Origin: Patescibacteria group bacterium
GTDB lineage: Bacteria > Patescibacteriota > Minisyncoccia > Phycocordibacterales > Phycocordibacteraceae
Length of the DNA stretch: 64,000 bases
NCBI GenBank assembly: GCA_038064595.1
Contig: JBBTSV010000005.1
Coordinates: 612-64,611, forward strand
Direction: 5' to 3'
The position numbers and the translations under genes were made by a program. Under the pieces are notes generated by a model. The model had not been told where the DNA came from and did no database searches. It was given only the letters and a program-made list of their open reading frames with translations. Within the stretch, counting starts at the first letter, position 1. Each line of letters begins with the position of its first letter. Shown in pieces: positions 19,746-30,191 of this stretch.

Positions 19746-20339
19746 TTGGAGGGTTACGGGGCGGGAGAGGAGCACTGCGGGAGCACCTACCTCCTCGTAG
19801 TGGCGTGTACCCGCCTCGACTCGAGAAAAACCGAGTCGCTCATAGAGTGGCGCGTGTCGAGGATTAACGGTAATGACCGCCACTTGCGCACCCAGACTCT
19901 TTGCCCGAACGACGAGTTGATCAACCAGGTTTTTTAGGGCGGAACGAGCGAGGCCGACCGTATCCAACGTTGCGAACTGACCTATTTCGATCAGTCGCGT
20001 ACCACCCTCTTGGAGCTTTGCAACTTCTTCCTTAAAGAGGGTACCCGCAGGGAGAGACTCGGGGTTACCCGCCTCGTCTAAGAGAAGTCCGATAGTACCA
20101 ATGATTTCACCGGTCTCGTCGTAGATCGCGAGACGCTCACCGCGTGTATCATAGGCCGCAATCACCACTGGCTCATAACCGACCCGCATATACTCGTCGC
20201 GCAAGAGCTCCTGGCAGATGGTCTTGGCGTTCTCGTCGAGTTCAGTCGAGAGGCTGATTTGATTCACGAGTCTCTTGGACTTCTCTGGTGCAGGTGTCAC
20301 GGCTTCAGTCTGTATTTTTTGTGGAGGCAGTTCGCTCAT
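19743..20339 (-). CDS. GNAT-family N-acyltransferase
   Basis: C-terminal VITVNPRHAPLYERLGF resembles the GNAT acyl-CoA binding motif. Confidence 0.6.
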   Translation of the reverse strand: MSELPPQKIQTEAVTPAPEKSKRLVNQISLSTELDENAKTICQELLRDEYMRVGYEPVVIAAYDTRGERLAIYDETGEIIGTIGLLLDEAGNPESLPAGTLFKEEVAKLQEGGTRLIEIGQFATLDTVGLARSALKNLVDQLVVRAKSLGAQVAVITVNPRHAPLYERLGFSRVEAGTRHYEEVGAPAVLLSRPVTLQ

Positions 20340-20401
20340 ACACCCCAGTATACCATCGAGCGACTTTTGACTCCGTGCGCGACTTCAGGCATAGTGGAGA
20401 C

Positions 20402-20986
20402 ATGAAGGAGTGGCACGGAGATGATATTGCGGAAGAAGACATAAGCGAGCACGTCGTCGTAGAGGACGGCGATGAGGTCGCGGCCGCAGCGGCCGCGAAG
20501 GTGGCTAAGCTGAAAGAGGAGATCGAGAGCCTGCGTAAAGAGAAGCAAGAATATATGGACGGTTGGCAGCGCGCCAAGGCCGACTACGTGAATCTCCTCA
20601 AGCGCATCGAGAGCGACACCAAGGCGGCTGAAGGGAGGGGGAAGGTGAAGGCCATTGAGTCGCTCCTCCCAGCACTCGACGCTCTCGAGCGCGCCGGAGC
20701 ACACGGTGAGTTGCCGAGTGGCTTTGATGCGATTGTGAAGCAACTCGAGAGCGCGTTCGCTGGCCTCGGCCTCACGGCGCTCGGCGAGGTGGGCGAGACA
20801 TTTGACCCCAGTCTCCACGAGGCTCTCGGCCAAGATGTCGTCGCGACACTTGAAAATGATGATACGGTTACGGTAGTATTAGAAAAAGGCTGGAAGCTTT
20901 CCTCGGCGGAGCTCGGAACAGGCGGCGAAGTCGTCATCCGCCCCGCGAAGGTCAGGGTCGCACACTTTAATAGTAGTAATCAGTAA
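20402..20986 (+). CDS. grpE: Nucleotide exchange factor GrpE
   Basis: Coiled-coil then GrpE beta domain; immediately upstream of dnaK. Confidence 0.85.
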   Translation: MKEWHGDDIAEEDISEHVVVEDGDEVAAAAAAKVAKLKEEIESLRKEKQEYMDGWQRAKADYVNLLKRIESDTKAAEGRGKVKAIESLLPALDALERAGAHGELPSGFDAIVKQLESAFAGLGLTALGEVGETFDPSLHEALGQDVVATLENDDTVTVVLEKGWKLSSAELGTGGEVVIRPAKVRVAHFNSSNQ

Positions 20987-20997
20987 CCATTTTAACT

Positions 20998-22899
20998 ATG
21001 GCTAAAATTCTCGGCATTGATTTGGGCACTACCAATTCTGCGATGGCGATCGTCGAGGGTGGCGAGCCGCGTGTCTTAGAGAACGCCGAGGGCGCCCGCA
21101 CGACGCCCTCAATCGTCGCGGTGGGGAAGACCGGCGAGCGCATCGTCGGTACCCTCGCCAAGCGTCAGTCGGTGACTAATCCGCTCAATACTATCTTCCA
21201 GATCAAGCGCTTTATCGGGCACTCGTTTGATGAGCCAGAGGTGCAGAAGGATAAGGCCGTGGTCCCCTTTGAGATGCAGAAGGCGGCTAACGGGGGTATC
21301 GAGGTCAAGATGAACGACAAGTGGTACCGCCCTGAAGAAATTTCAGCGATGATTCTCTCGAAGCTAAAGACCGATGCCGAGGCCAAGCTCGGCGAGAAGA
21401 TCACCGAGGCGGTGATCACCGTGCCTGCCTACTTCAACGACGATCAGCGCAGCGCGACCAAGGCCGCAGGGCAGATCGCCGGTCTCGACGTGAAGCGCAT
21501 CATCAACGAGCCGACCGCGGCCGCGCTCGCCTACGGTTTTAATAAAAAGAAGGACGAGAAGATTGCAGTCTTTGACTTCGGCGGCGGGACCTTCGACATC
21601 TCCGTCTTGGAGGTGGGTGGCGACGTGATCGAGGTGAAGAGTACCGACGGCGACGCACACCTCGGCGGTAAAGACATCGACCAGAAGATTATCAACTGGC
21701 TCGCTGACGAGTTTAAGCGAGAGAGCGGGATCGATGTACGCACCGACGCCCTCGCGCGCCAACGCCTCGACGAGGCCGCCGAGAAGGCCAAGATCGAGCT
21801 CTCGAGCGCGATGGAGAGTGAGGTGAATATCCCGTTTCTCACGAGTGATGCCTCTGGCCCGCGCCACCTGCTTATCAAGATGACGCGCGCCAAGCTCGAG
21901 GAGCTCTCGAGTGAGTTTGTCGAGCGCGCGATGGCTATCACCAAGCGCGCGATGGAGGCCTCGCCCTTCAAGATCTCCGATATTAATGAAGTGATCCTCG
22001 TCGGCGGCCAGACCCGCATGCCGCTCATCCAGAGTGAGGTCGAGAAGTTCTTCGGCAAGAAGCCCAATATGAGTGTGAACCCGGACGAGGTGGTCGCGGT
22101 GGGTGCTGCGATTCAGGCCGGCATTCTCCAGGGTGACGTGAAGGATATCCTCCTCGTGGACGTGATCCCACTCTCGCTCTCTATAGAGACCATGGGTGGG
22201 GTGGCGACTAAGCTCGTGGAGCGCAACACGGCGATCCCCACTATCCGCTCACAAACTTTTTCAACGGCTGCGGATAATCAACCATCCGTGGAAATTCATA
22301 TTACTCAGGGCGAACGCGCGATGAGCGCCGATAACAAGTCACTCGGCAAGTTTATGCTCGACGGGATCCCGCCGGCGCCGCGCGGTATGCCCCAAGTAGA
22401 GGTCATCTTCGATGTTGACGCTTCTGGCATCCTCACTGTGAAGGCAAAAGAGAAGACCACTGGCAAGGAGCAGTCGATTCGCATTGAGGGCTCGACGGGT
22501 CTCTCGAAGGAAGATATTGAGAAGATGAAGACTGATGCCGAGACTAATGCGGCTGACGATGAGAAGCGTAAGGAGCTGGTTGAGGTTCGTAATATGGCCG
22601 ACCAGGCGATTTATGCGGCAGAGAAGGCGGTCAAGGAGCACGGCGAGAAGGCCGGGGCAGAAGTGGTCAAGGACGTGCAGGACAAGATTGACGCGCTCAA
22701 GGTCACCCACAAGGGTGAGGACGCGGTGCTCATCAAGACCGCCACCGAGACGCTCTCGGCGGCGATGATGAAGATCGGGGAGGCGATGGCCAAGAGTAGT
22801 GAGCAGCCGACAGCTCCACCGACCGGAGGTGAAGCCGCAGGTCCTGACGGCCCTGCTGCAGGGCCGAAGGACGCCGACTTTAAAGAAAAGCCAGAATAA
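20998..22899 (+). CDS. dnaK: Molecular chaperone DnaK (Hsp70)
   Basis: 633 aa; [18 protein letters not shown] signatures. Confidence 0.97.
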   Translation: MAKILGIDLGTTNSAMAIVEGGEPRVLENAEGARTTPSIVAVGKTGERIVGTLAKRQSVTNPLNTIFQIKRFIGHSFDEPEVQKDKAVVPFEMQKAANGGIEVKMNDKWYRPEEISAMILSKLKTDAEAKLGEKITEAVITVPAYFNDDQRSATKAAGQIAGLDVKRIINEPTAAALAYGFNKKKDEKIAVFDFGGGTFDISVLEVGGDVIEVKSTDGDAHLGGKDIDQKIINWLADEFKRESGIDVRTDALARQRLDEAAEKAKIELSSAMESEVNIPFLTSDASGPRHLLIKMTRAKLEELSSEFVERAMAITKRAMEASPFKISDINEVILVGGQTRMPLIQSEVEKFFGKKPNMSVNPDEVVAVGAAIQAGILQGDVKDILLVDVIPLSLSIETMGGVATKLVERNTAIPTIRSQTFSTAADNQPSVEIHITQGERAMSADNKSLGKFMLDGIPPAPRGMPQVEVIFDVDASGILTVKAKEKTTGKEQSIRIEGSTGLSKEDIEKMKTDAETNAADDEKRKELVEVRNMADQAIYAAEKAVKEHGEKAGAEVVKDVQDKIDALKVTHKGEDAVLIKTATETLSAAMMKIGEAMAKSSEQPTAPPTGGEAAGPDGPAAGPKDADFKEKPE

Positions 22900-23194
22900 C
22901 TAGGGAAGTCAGACTTCACTAGTTGAGCAAAGCGGCGCGAGACTCTCGTGGGGTTGCGTTTCGCTAAATATTGTGCATAATAGATTTATGCGGAATTTTC
23001 CGCGAAGAAGGAGAGCCCCTTGGATATCACCAGGTTTGGTCGGGTCACATCAAAGTGGGGAGTTGTGGCCTGGTTTTTGGGCCTCATGCTCTCCCTGAGC
23101 GCAGTGACCGGGTGTCTGGTCTGGCTGGTGATTGTCGCCGTCAGCAGGAATCCCGTTTCATGAGTCCTGCCGGTGCCAGTTGGCCAGAGGCCCC

Positions 23195-23230
23195 AGGCGC
23201 GAGGAAGACTCCTCGCGCCTTCCTTTTTTG
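23195..23230 (+). terminator. Rho-independent terminator inside the dnaK-dnaJ spacer
   Basis: aggcgcgaggaagactcctcgcgcct tcc tttttt. Confidence 0.55.
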
Positions 23231-23263
23231 CATACAAAATGAAGAACGAGTATACTGAACAAA

Positions 23264-24361
23264 ATGGCAACGACCAAAGACTATTACAGCGTGCTGGGCG
23301 TCGACAAGAAGGCGACACCAGACGATATTAAAAAAGCGTTCCGCAAGTTGGCACACAAGTACCACCCCGATAAGGGCGGCACCGACGAGTCCAAGTTTAA
23401 AGAGATCACCGAGGCCTACTCAATCCTCTCCGACGAGAGGAAGAGGCGTGAGTATGACACCTACGGTCAGGCGTTCCCCGGAGGAGGAGCGGCGGCAGGA
23501 GCAGGAGCACAAGGGAATCCGTTTGGCGGCTTTGACTTCTCCCAGTTTCAGCAGGGCTTTGGGCAGGGCGGGGTGGAGTTCGACTTTGGCGATATATTTG
23601 GCGATATCTTCGGCGGCCGCGGCGGCCGCCGTGCCACCCCGCGTGGGCGCGACATCTCAATCGATCTTGAGATTCCCTTTAAAGACGCTGTCTTCGGCAC
23701 CACCCGCACGGTCCTCTTGGCCAAGGTCTCTACCTGTAGCACCTGCTCGGGGAGTGGGGCCAAGCCCGGCACAACCCTCGACACGTGCAGTACTTGCAAC
23801 GGCAGCGGTCGCATCCACGAGACGCGCAACTCTATCCTTGGCCAGTTCAGTAGCGTACGCACCTGCAACGTCTGTGAGGGCACGGGCAAAATTTCTAAAG
23901 AGAAGTGTGCCGACTGTAAGGGTCATGGCGTGAAGCGAAAAGAAGAAGAGATGAAGATAAACATTCCAGCCGGTATCGACAACGGCGAGATGATCCGCCT
24001 TCCTGGTAAGGGAGAGGCGGTCAAGACCGGCACGCCGGGCGATCTTTACGTTAAAATCCACGTGAAGCCGCACCCCGCTTTCCGCCGCGACGGCTTCAAT
24101 CTCATCATGGATTTGCCGGTCAAGCTCACCGACGCTCTCTTAGGTACTACCGTCTCTGTTGAGACGCTCGAAGGCAAGACCCTAGAGGTCAAGATCCCCG
24201 TGATGCACAAGGTAGAGGAGCTCCTGCGGGTGGCGGGGAAGGGGATCCCGGTCGAGGGCGGCCGCGGCGACCTCATCATCCGCCTTGAGGTCGCGCTCCC
24301 GCATAAGCTCTCCGGCCGTGCCAAGCAGTCCGTCGCAGACCTCAAATCCGAGGGTCTCTAG
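23264..24361 (+). CDS. dnaJ: Molecular chaperone DnaJ
   Basis: J domain with HPD, G/F region, four CxxCxGxG repeats. Confidence 0.95.
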   Translation: MATTKDYYSVLGVDKKATPDDIKKAFRKLAHKYHPDKGGTDESKFKEITEAYSILSDERKRREYDTYGQAFPGGGAAAGAGAQGNPFGGFDFSQFQQGFGQGGVEFDFGDIFGDIFGGRGGRRATPRGRDISIDLEIPFKDAVFGTTRTVLLAKVSTCSTCSGSGAKPGTTLDTCSTCNGSGRIHETRNSILGQFSSVRTCNVCEGTGKISKEKCADCKGHGVKRKEEEMKINIPAGIDNGEMIRLPGKGEAVKTGTPGDLYVKIHVKPHPAFRRDGFNLIMDLPVKLTDALLGTTVSVETLEGKTLEVKIPVMHKVEELLRVAGKGIPVEGGRGDLIIRLEVALPHKLSGRAKQSVADLKSEGL

Positions 24362-24382
24362 GGAAGGGTGTATACTGGTCCC

Positions 24383-24904
24383 ATGCCAGACGCCAGTAGC
24401 ATCGCCGAGGTGACCAGTATCGCCGGGCCGCTCGCGAGTACGCTGTGGCACTCGATAAGCGACTTCGTCATCATTTTAGTGATTGTGCTCTTTTTTATCC
24501 TCTTCTCGCGTTACGTGGGGCGCGGTCAATTTGTCGCTGTTATCCTTGCGATCTATAGCGCGTATGCGCTCTATGTCGCATTTCCCTACGAGTCATATCT
24601 CCCCCAGGCGCCAGAGATCACCGCCTTCGCCACCCACCTCGGGCTTTTCCTCGCGCTCGCCTTTATGTTCTACATCATCCTCCGGCGCATCGTCGTCTCT
24701 GACTTTCTCGACATTGGCTCGCTCTCACTCATCTTTCTCTCCTTCCTCATAGCGGGGATACTGATCGCGCTTGGGTATCACGTGTTCGACATCACCAATT
24801 TTTATCAGTTCACTCCCCCGATTGACGCTCTCTTTGCACCTAAAGAATATTTCTTCTGGTGGTTTGTCGCTCCTGCGATTGGTCTCTTCTTCCTCGCGCA
24901 CTAG
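24383..24904 (+). CDS. Hypothetical integral membrane protein
   Basis: 5 TM helices; ATG 24383 lies 7 nt after a TGTATACTGG -10-like motif (leaderless-type); ORF track gives 24368. Confidence 0.55.
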   Translation: MPDASSIAEVTSIAGPLASTLWHSISDFVIILVIVLFFILFSRYVGRGQFVAVILAIYSAYALYVAFPYESYLPQAPEITAFATHLGLFLALAFMFYIILRRIVVSDFLDIGSLSLIFLSFLIAGILIALGYHVFDITNFYQFTPPIDALFAPKEYFFWWFVAPAIGLFFLAH

Positions 24905-26695
24905 CTAGTCTTCCAAAAATCCTCCTGACTGGTGACCCCAGAGTTTGGCATACACACCGTTCTGTCGGAGAAGTTCGTCATGGGTACCTTCCTCGACGAT
25001 TGCACCCTCGTTGAGCACGACGATTCGGTCAAGATGTTTGATCGTTGAGAGGCGGTGTGCGATCACAATCGCGGTCTTGCCCTGCATCAGCTCCCACAAC
25101 CCCTCTTGGATGTATTTTTCTGACTCTGAGTCGAGCGCGCTCGTTGCTTCGTCAAGGACGAGAATCGGGGCGTTCTTTAAGATCGCGCGGGCGATCGCGA
25201 CGCGTTGACGTTGACCACCGGAGAGCTTCACTCCGCGTTCGCCGACCAAGGTCTCGTAGCCTTGGGGCAAGGTGGTGATGAAGTCGTGTGCGTGTGCGAG
25301 CGTGGCCGCACGCTCGACCTCTTTGCGCGAGGCACCCACACTCCCGTAGGCAATGTTGTCGAAAAGTGAGCGGTGGAAGAGGAGCGGTTCTTGGGGTACG
25401 TATCCAACGGCACTGCGAAGCGACTGTTGGGTCACCTTCGTAATATCTTGACCATCAATCGTAATCACCCCAGCTTCTACCTCAGCAAAGCGCAAGAGGA
25501 GCTTGGTGATAGTCGTTTTGCCACCACCGCTCGGACCCACGAGTCCCACTCGCTCCCCGCTTTTAATCGAGAAAGAAAAGTTTTTAAAGAATGGTTCGCG
25601 CGCCTCGCCATAGCGGAAGGTGATAGCGTTGAAGTGGATCTGTGCGTCCTGTACGACAAGCGGAGCAGCATCCACGGAGTCGGTAATCGTCGGTTTCTCG
25701 AGCATTAGTTCGGCAAATTCGGCCGCCTCAGTGACGGAAGACTCAAGCTGGCGATAAATGTGATTGATCTCCCAGAAAACGCGAGTGACTTGAGTGTAAT
25801 AGGAGAAGACGACAAGGAGCGTTCCGACCGCGAGACCCAAGGGCGCGGCGAGAAAAATGACGAGCGTGAGCCCGATCACATTCGTAAGGACATACAAGGG
25901 GGAGAGAATGGTTTCGAGCCGAAGGTTTTGGAAGTTGGCCGCCTGGGTGAACTTACTGACGTAGGCCGTAAGGTCATCCTTATTGCGGGCTTCTTCAGCT
26001 CCCTCGCGCGCATATGACTTGACCATGATCACGTTGGTGAGCGCGTCAGAGAGCGTGCCTGAGACCTTGCTTCCGGCCGCGTGGCGCTCGGCGACAAGAT
26101 GTGAACGCATGCGGATAATCGGGATAGAGACCGATATCACGAGGAGCACGGCGCCCAGAAGTACGGCGGGAAGGATCCACGAGTAGCGGGAGAGCACGAT
26201 AAGCGCAAAGATGAGCGGGAAGAGGTTAGTGAGGATATTGAAGGCAAAGATATCCGTGAATGTCTCAAAGCCGCGTGCGTACGCGAGCGCCTTTTTGGTG
26301 AGCGATCCCACAAAGTTATCGGTGAAGAAGTCGTAGTCGCGACCAAGGAGATCGGCGAGCGCGGTCTCTCCTAGGAGTTGTTTACCCTTTGCTTCGAGTT
26401 TGATCATAAAGTGGATCCCGACGCGCCACAGAAGCTCCCCAAAAATCCATGAGGCACCAAAGAGGCCAATGAGCGGGAGGGTATGCGGAAGGTCAAGTGT
26501 GTTGCTTGCTGCTTTATTTACAATCTCAGCCACAAAGAGTGGCGGGATAAAGAAAACAAATATCGTCCCGATTGCCGGGAACATAAATGACCCGAGCGCA
26601 AGCCATGGGTGCGCGCGATACTGTCGCCCGTAGTCGCGGAGCACACGTCGTATAGCGCGACTATTTACTTTGTGATCAGATGAGGAAAGATGCAT
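24905..26695 (-). CDS. ABC transporter, fused permease/ATPase (MsbA/exporter type)
   Basis: 596 aa; six N-terminal TM helices, Walker A GPSGGGKTT, ABC signature LSGGQRQR, Walker B ILVLDEATS. Confidence 0.9.
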   Translation of the reverse strand: MHLSSSDHKVNSRAIRRVLRDYGRQYRAHPWLALGSFMFPAIGTIFVFFIPPLFVAEIVNKAASNTLDLPHTLPLIGLFGASWIFGELLWRVGIHFMIKLEAKGKQLLGETALADLLGRDYDFFTDNFVGSLTKKALAYARGFETFTDIFAFNILTNLFPLIFALIVLSRYSWILPAVLLGAVLLVISVSIPIIRMRSHLVAERHAAGSKVSGTLSDALTNVIMVKSYAREGAEEARNKDDLTAYVSKFTQAANFQNLRLETILSPLYVLTNVIGLTLVIFLAAPLGLAVGTLLVVFSYYTQVTRVFWEINHIYRQLESSVTEAAEFAELMLEKPTITDSVDAAPLVVQDAQIHFNAITFRYGEAREPFFKNFSFSIKSGERVGLVGPSGGGKTTITKLLLRFAEVEAGVITIDGQDITKVTQQSLRSAVGYVPQEPLLFHRSLFDNIAYGSVGASRKEVERAATLAHAHDFITTLPQGYETLVGERGVKLSGGQRQRVAIARAILKNAPILVLDEATSALDSESEKYIQEGLWELMQGKTAIVIAHRLSTIKHLDRIVVLNEGAIVEEGTHDELLRQNGVYAKLWGHQSGGFLED

Positions 26696-26735
26696 ACTGA
26701 AAAGGTTATTTTACCATGTGTGGTATAATCTTCAC

Positions 26736-27989
26736 ATGAAATTCACTGAAGACTTGGCGGGCCGCGGGCTCTTGGAGCACACCTCAACGGCGCCCGAGCA
26801 TATCTTCTCTAAGCCGCGCACGGTCTACCTGGGCGTCGACCCCACCGCCGACTCGCTCCACGTGGGCCACCTGGTACCCATCCTCCTTATGAAGCGGCTT
26901 GCCGCGGCAGGGAACAAGCTCATCTTCTTGGTCGGTGGCGGGACCGGTATGATCGGTGATCCGCGCGAGCAGGGCGAGCGCGTGATGCTCGACGAGAAGG
27001 CGGTGGCCGCCAACACGCGTGCGCTAAAGAGCCAGCTCAAGCGCATCCTCGGCTCGGTGTCTTTCAAGATGGTGGACAACGCTGACTGGCTTCTCGACAT
27101 TAAGCTCGTGCCGTTTCTGCGTGGCATCGGGAAGTTCTTCACGGTCAATGACCTGGTCAAACGCGAGATCATCAAGAAGCGTCTCGACACCCCCGACGAG
27201 AGCATCTCCTATACCGAGTTTACGTACGCACTCCTCCAAGGCTATGACTACTTTGTCCTTAATCAGAAATATGGTTGTGATCTGCAGGTGGGCGCGAGTG
27301 ATCAGTGGACCAATATCCTCTCGGGAGTCGACCTGATCCACAAGAAGCTGGGAGAAGATGTCTATGCCTGCACCGTGCCGCTCATCACCGACGCCTCGGG
27401 CAAGAAGTTCGGCAAGAGCGAGGGCAATGCCGTGTGGCTCGACCCAGCTAAGACCTCACCCTTCCAGTTCTACCAGTTCTGGATCAATCTCCCCGATGAA
27501 AACCTCGAGCAGTACCTCAAGGTCTACACCTTTCTCCCGCTTCAAGAGATCGCTGCGCTCCTCGAGCTGCATAAGCGGAGCCCGGGCGAGCGCCAAGCAC
27601 AGGAGACGCTGGCGCGTCTCGTGACCGAGATCGTGCACGGCCCGGCCGCGGTGGCGCAGGCAGCGGCCGCCACCGACGCGCTCTTTGGCGACACCCCCTT
27701 CCACGAGCTCTCACGCGAGGCGTTCCAGGTGGCGCTTGCCGAGGCGCCAAGCGTGACCCTCACCAAGCGCGACGTTGAAGATGGCGCCTCGCTCTGTGAG
27801 GCGCTCGTCGCGGGCGGCCTCGCGAGCTCCAAGAGTGATGCTCGCCGCCTGATAGAAGGGAAGGCGATCACCCTCTCGGGCCTCCCGATAGAGAATCCGG
27901 ATCAGAAAATATTTGTGAGTGACCTCTCCGGCGGCCACGCCCTCATCCGCAAGGGCAAGCAGGGCGTCCTCGTTTTAGTACTAAAGTAA
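26736..27989 (+). CDS. tyrS: Tyrosyl-tRNA synthetase
   Basis: HVGH (HIGH) and KFGKS (KMSKS) motifs; C-terminal S4 domain; ATG follows TGTGGTATAAT. Confidence 0.92.
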   Translation: MKFTEDLAGRGLLEHTSTAPEHIFSKPRTVYLGVDPTADSLHVGHLVPILLMKRLAAAGNKLIFLVGGGTGMIGDPREQGERVMLDEKAVAANTRALKSQLKRILGSVSFKMVDNADWLLDIKLVPFLRGIGKFFTVNDLVKREIIKKRLDTPDESISYTEFTYALLQGYDYFVLNQKYGCDLQVGASDQWTNILSGVDLIHKKLGEDVYACTVPLITDASGKKFGKSEGNAVWLDPAKTSPFQFYQFWINLPDENLEQYLKVYTFLPLQEIAALLELHKRSPGERQAQETLARLVTEIVHGPAAVAQAAAATDALFGDTPFHELSREAFQVALAEAPSVTLTKRDVEDGASLCEALVAGGLASSKSDARRLIEGKAITLSGLPIENPDQKIFVSDLSGGHALIRKGKQGVLVLVLK

Positions 27990-28043
27990 ACATTTCTGTG
28001 CATAAGTCCGTTTGACTCTCAATTTTCTTGAGAGAATGGCGGT

Positions 28044-28670
28044 ATGCCCTTCCCGGCAGCACTTTCATCAGAAGGTCAGAAGGAGGCCGCTCGGCTCTAC
28101 AGCTGCGGCCTTAGTGCGCAGCAGGTAGCAGATACGCTCAAGGTCAGTCTCAATGCGACCTACTACGCGCTGCGTCATCTGAAGGTTCAGCGGCGCACGG
28201 CGAAGCAGACAAATCAAATTCGCTTTGAGGCAAAACCGCTTTCATATAGTCTAAAAACCTCTCTCACGGAGAAGGACGAACGTTTGAAGGCCGCCGCAAT
28301 CATGCTGTACTGGGCAGAAGGGTATAAGGTCGGGCGAAACACAGTAGATTTTGCAAATTCTGATGCGCAAATGGCCCTGATCTTTAAGCGATTTCTTTCA
28401 GAAATTTGCCGGGTCGATGAAAGACGGATCCGAGGACATATTTATTGCTATGAAGGTCAGAATGTGGCTGAGCTGACTCGATACTGGAGTCGTCTCCTTT
28501 CAATACCTGAAAAGCAATTTATTAAACCCTATATAAAGAAGGCAGCTGAACCAGGGCCGCGAGGTCCGAGGATGCTTCACGGTCTTGTACATATAGTGTA
28601 TTCTGATCAGAAGTTGTTGAGGCAAATACTCGCATGGATAGAGGAGTATCATAAGGACTTGACAAAATGA
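28044..28670 (+). CDS. HTH DNA-binding domain fused to a LAGLIDADG-like homing-endonuclease-like domain
   Basis: N-terminal ARLYSCGLSAQQVADTLKVSLNATYYALRH (HTH); then LYWAEGYK...NSDAQMALIFKRFLSEI resembling a single LAGLIDADG motif; stop is 1 nt before tRNA-Tyr. Confidence 0.45.
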   Translation: MPFPAALSSEGQKEAARLYSCGLSAQQVADTLKVSLNATYYALRHLKVQRRTAKQTNQIRFEAKPLSYSLKTSLTEKDERLKAAAIMLYWAEGYKVGRNTVDFANSDAQMALIFKRFLSEICRVDERRIRGHIYCYEGQNVAELTRYWSRLLSIPEKQFIKPYIKKAAEPGPRGPRMLHGLVHIVYSDQKLLRQILAWIEEYHKDLTK

Positions 28671-28754
28671 GCGTCGGTGGCGGAGTGGTCAATCGCACGA
28701 GACTGTAAATCTCGCGGACATAGTCCTACGAAGGTTCGAATCCTTCCCGGCGCA
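28671..28754 (+). tRNA. tRNA-Tyr (anticodon GTA), class II long variable arm
   Basis: Acceptor gcgtcgg/ccggcgc (one G:U); anticodon stem cgaga/tctcg with loop ctGTAaa; T-arm gaagg-ttcgaat-ccttc. Confidence 0.75.
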
Positions 28755-28811
28755 CAGAGCGAAAAGAGAAATCCCCGTAAGGGGATTTCTCTTTTCGGGT
28801 ATACTGGTGCG

Positions 28812-30128
28812 ATGCACTGGCGCGGAACTATTGTAATACGGTCAGTCATCGTCGGCGCGCTCACGGCGCTCCTCGTGATCGGCTTTCTCTCAGCCCAGAA
28901 GTCCCCGATCAGCTATGCTACCCCCGAGGAGGCTGACCCCTATGTGCGCTTTGCGATGGAGGCATTTGACCAGATCAGCGAGAAGTACTGGATTAAGCCG
29001 GGCTCCTTTGCACAGTTTAACTCTCCCGAGTTGCCGCAACTCTTTCAGCTCGCGCTCGCTAAAGGGGGCGTGAGCGCGACTCTGGCCACCTCCACCCGCG
29101 CAGGCACCGCCGCGCTTATCGCCGATGCGCTCAAGAATGCGACCTCAACCGAGGTTAAGAAGAAGCTCGTCACTGACACCGTGAGTCTCGTGCTCTACAA
29201 CCTCATCCCCTATGGGCGTAACGCCCTCTACTCCGAGCAACAGGTCACCCAGTTGCGCAACGAGGTGGCGAACGTAAACCCCGAGAAAGATTTGTATAAA
29301 AACTTGGGCGTTGAGAAAGGAGCCTCCGAGACTGAGATCCAGAAAGCCTATACCGAGAAGGCTGCCACACTCGCCGCGTCGAGCTCGAGCGCGGCGAAGG
29401 AGGAGCTGAAGGCAGTGGACTATGCGCACAAGGTCTTGAGCAGTGCGCCGCAGAAGCAGCTCTATGACACGGCGCAGGTTGAGCCGAGCGTCTTCTCGCA
29501 TACGCTCGGCCGCACGCTCTACGTAAGCTTTAATAAAATCTCGCCCACGACGCTGCAGGAATTTGGCTGGGCGGTGCTCGCCGCCTCGACCACTCCCGGG
29601 CTCGACTCGCTTATTCTCGACATGCGGGGCAACGTAGGTGGCTCACTCGACTTTGCCCCTGCATTTGTCGGCCTCTTTATCGGTGCTAATCAGTATGCGT
29701 TTGACCTTTATCATCAGGGCGAGAACGATCCACAGCGCACTACCCTCGGTCAGTTCCCCGAGCTCTCCCGCTACCGCGAGGTGGCGGTCCTCACCGATCC
29801 GATGACCCAGTCGACCGCCGAGACCACCACCGCGGTGCTCAAGCGCCTCCGGCTCGCGCATGTGGTGGGGGAGCGCACTCGTGGCTGGGGCTCGGTTGAG
29901 AATACGTATCCCCTTAAAACTGAAATTGACCCTGCGACTACCTACGCGCTCTTCTTGGTCAACTCACTCACGCTGCGCGACGACCAACAGCCGATTGAAC
30001 AGAATGGTGTGTTACCCGACGTCGACACGAGTGCGAGCGGCTGGCAGCGCAAGCTTTCAAATTATTTCTCCTCGCCGTCTCTTATAAGCGCGCTCACCGC
30101 GCGCGCCGCCGCCCCGCCACTTCGGTAA
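28812..30128 (+). CDS. S41-family C-terminal processing peptidase-like protein with N-terminal membrane anchor
   Basis: LDMRGNVGGS and AVLTDPMTQSTAETT motifs typical of S41 peptidases; ATG follows GGTATACTGG. Confidence 0.6.
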   Translation: MHWRGTIVIRSVIVGALTALLVIGFLSAQKSPISYATPEEADPYVRFAMEAFDQISEKYWIKPGSFAQFNSPELPQLFQLALAKGGVSATLATSTRAGTAALIADALKNATSTEVKKKLVTDTVSLVLYNLIPYGRNALYSEQQVTQLRNEVANVNPEKDLYKNLGVEKGASETEIQKAYTEKAATLAASSSSAAKEELKAVDYAHKVLSSAPQKQLYDTAQVEPSVFSHTLGRTLYVSFNKISPTTLQEFGWAVLAASTTPGLDSLILDMRGNVGGSLDFAPAFVGLFIGANQYAFDLYHQGENDPQRTTLGQFPELSRYREVAVLTDPMTQSTAETTTAVLKRLRLAHVVGERTRGWGSVENTYPLKTEIDPATTYALFLVNSLTLRDDQQPIEQNGVLPDVDTSASGWQRKLSNYFSSPSLISALTARAAAPPLR

Positions 30129-30136
30129 AACAAACA

Positions 30137-30164
30137 GCCGCCCGACCCGTAAAGGGTGGGCGGC
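30137..30164. terminator. Bidirectional terminator hairpin
   Basis: gccgcccgacccgtaaagggtgggcggc. Confidence 0.5.
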
Positions 30165-30191
30165 CATTCTCTCCGCGGCTTCGCCGCGGAG

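Noticed and set aside
20340-20401. Searched for a CIRCE/HrcA inverted repeat upstream of grpE-dnaK
   Set aside because: No TTAGCACTC-N9-GAGTGCTAA-like element found. Only a TATACC promoter-like motif is present.
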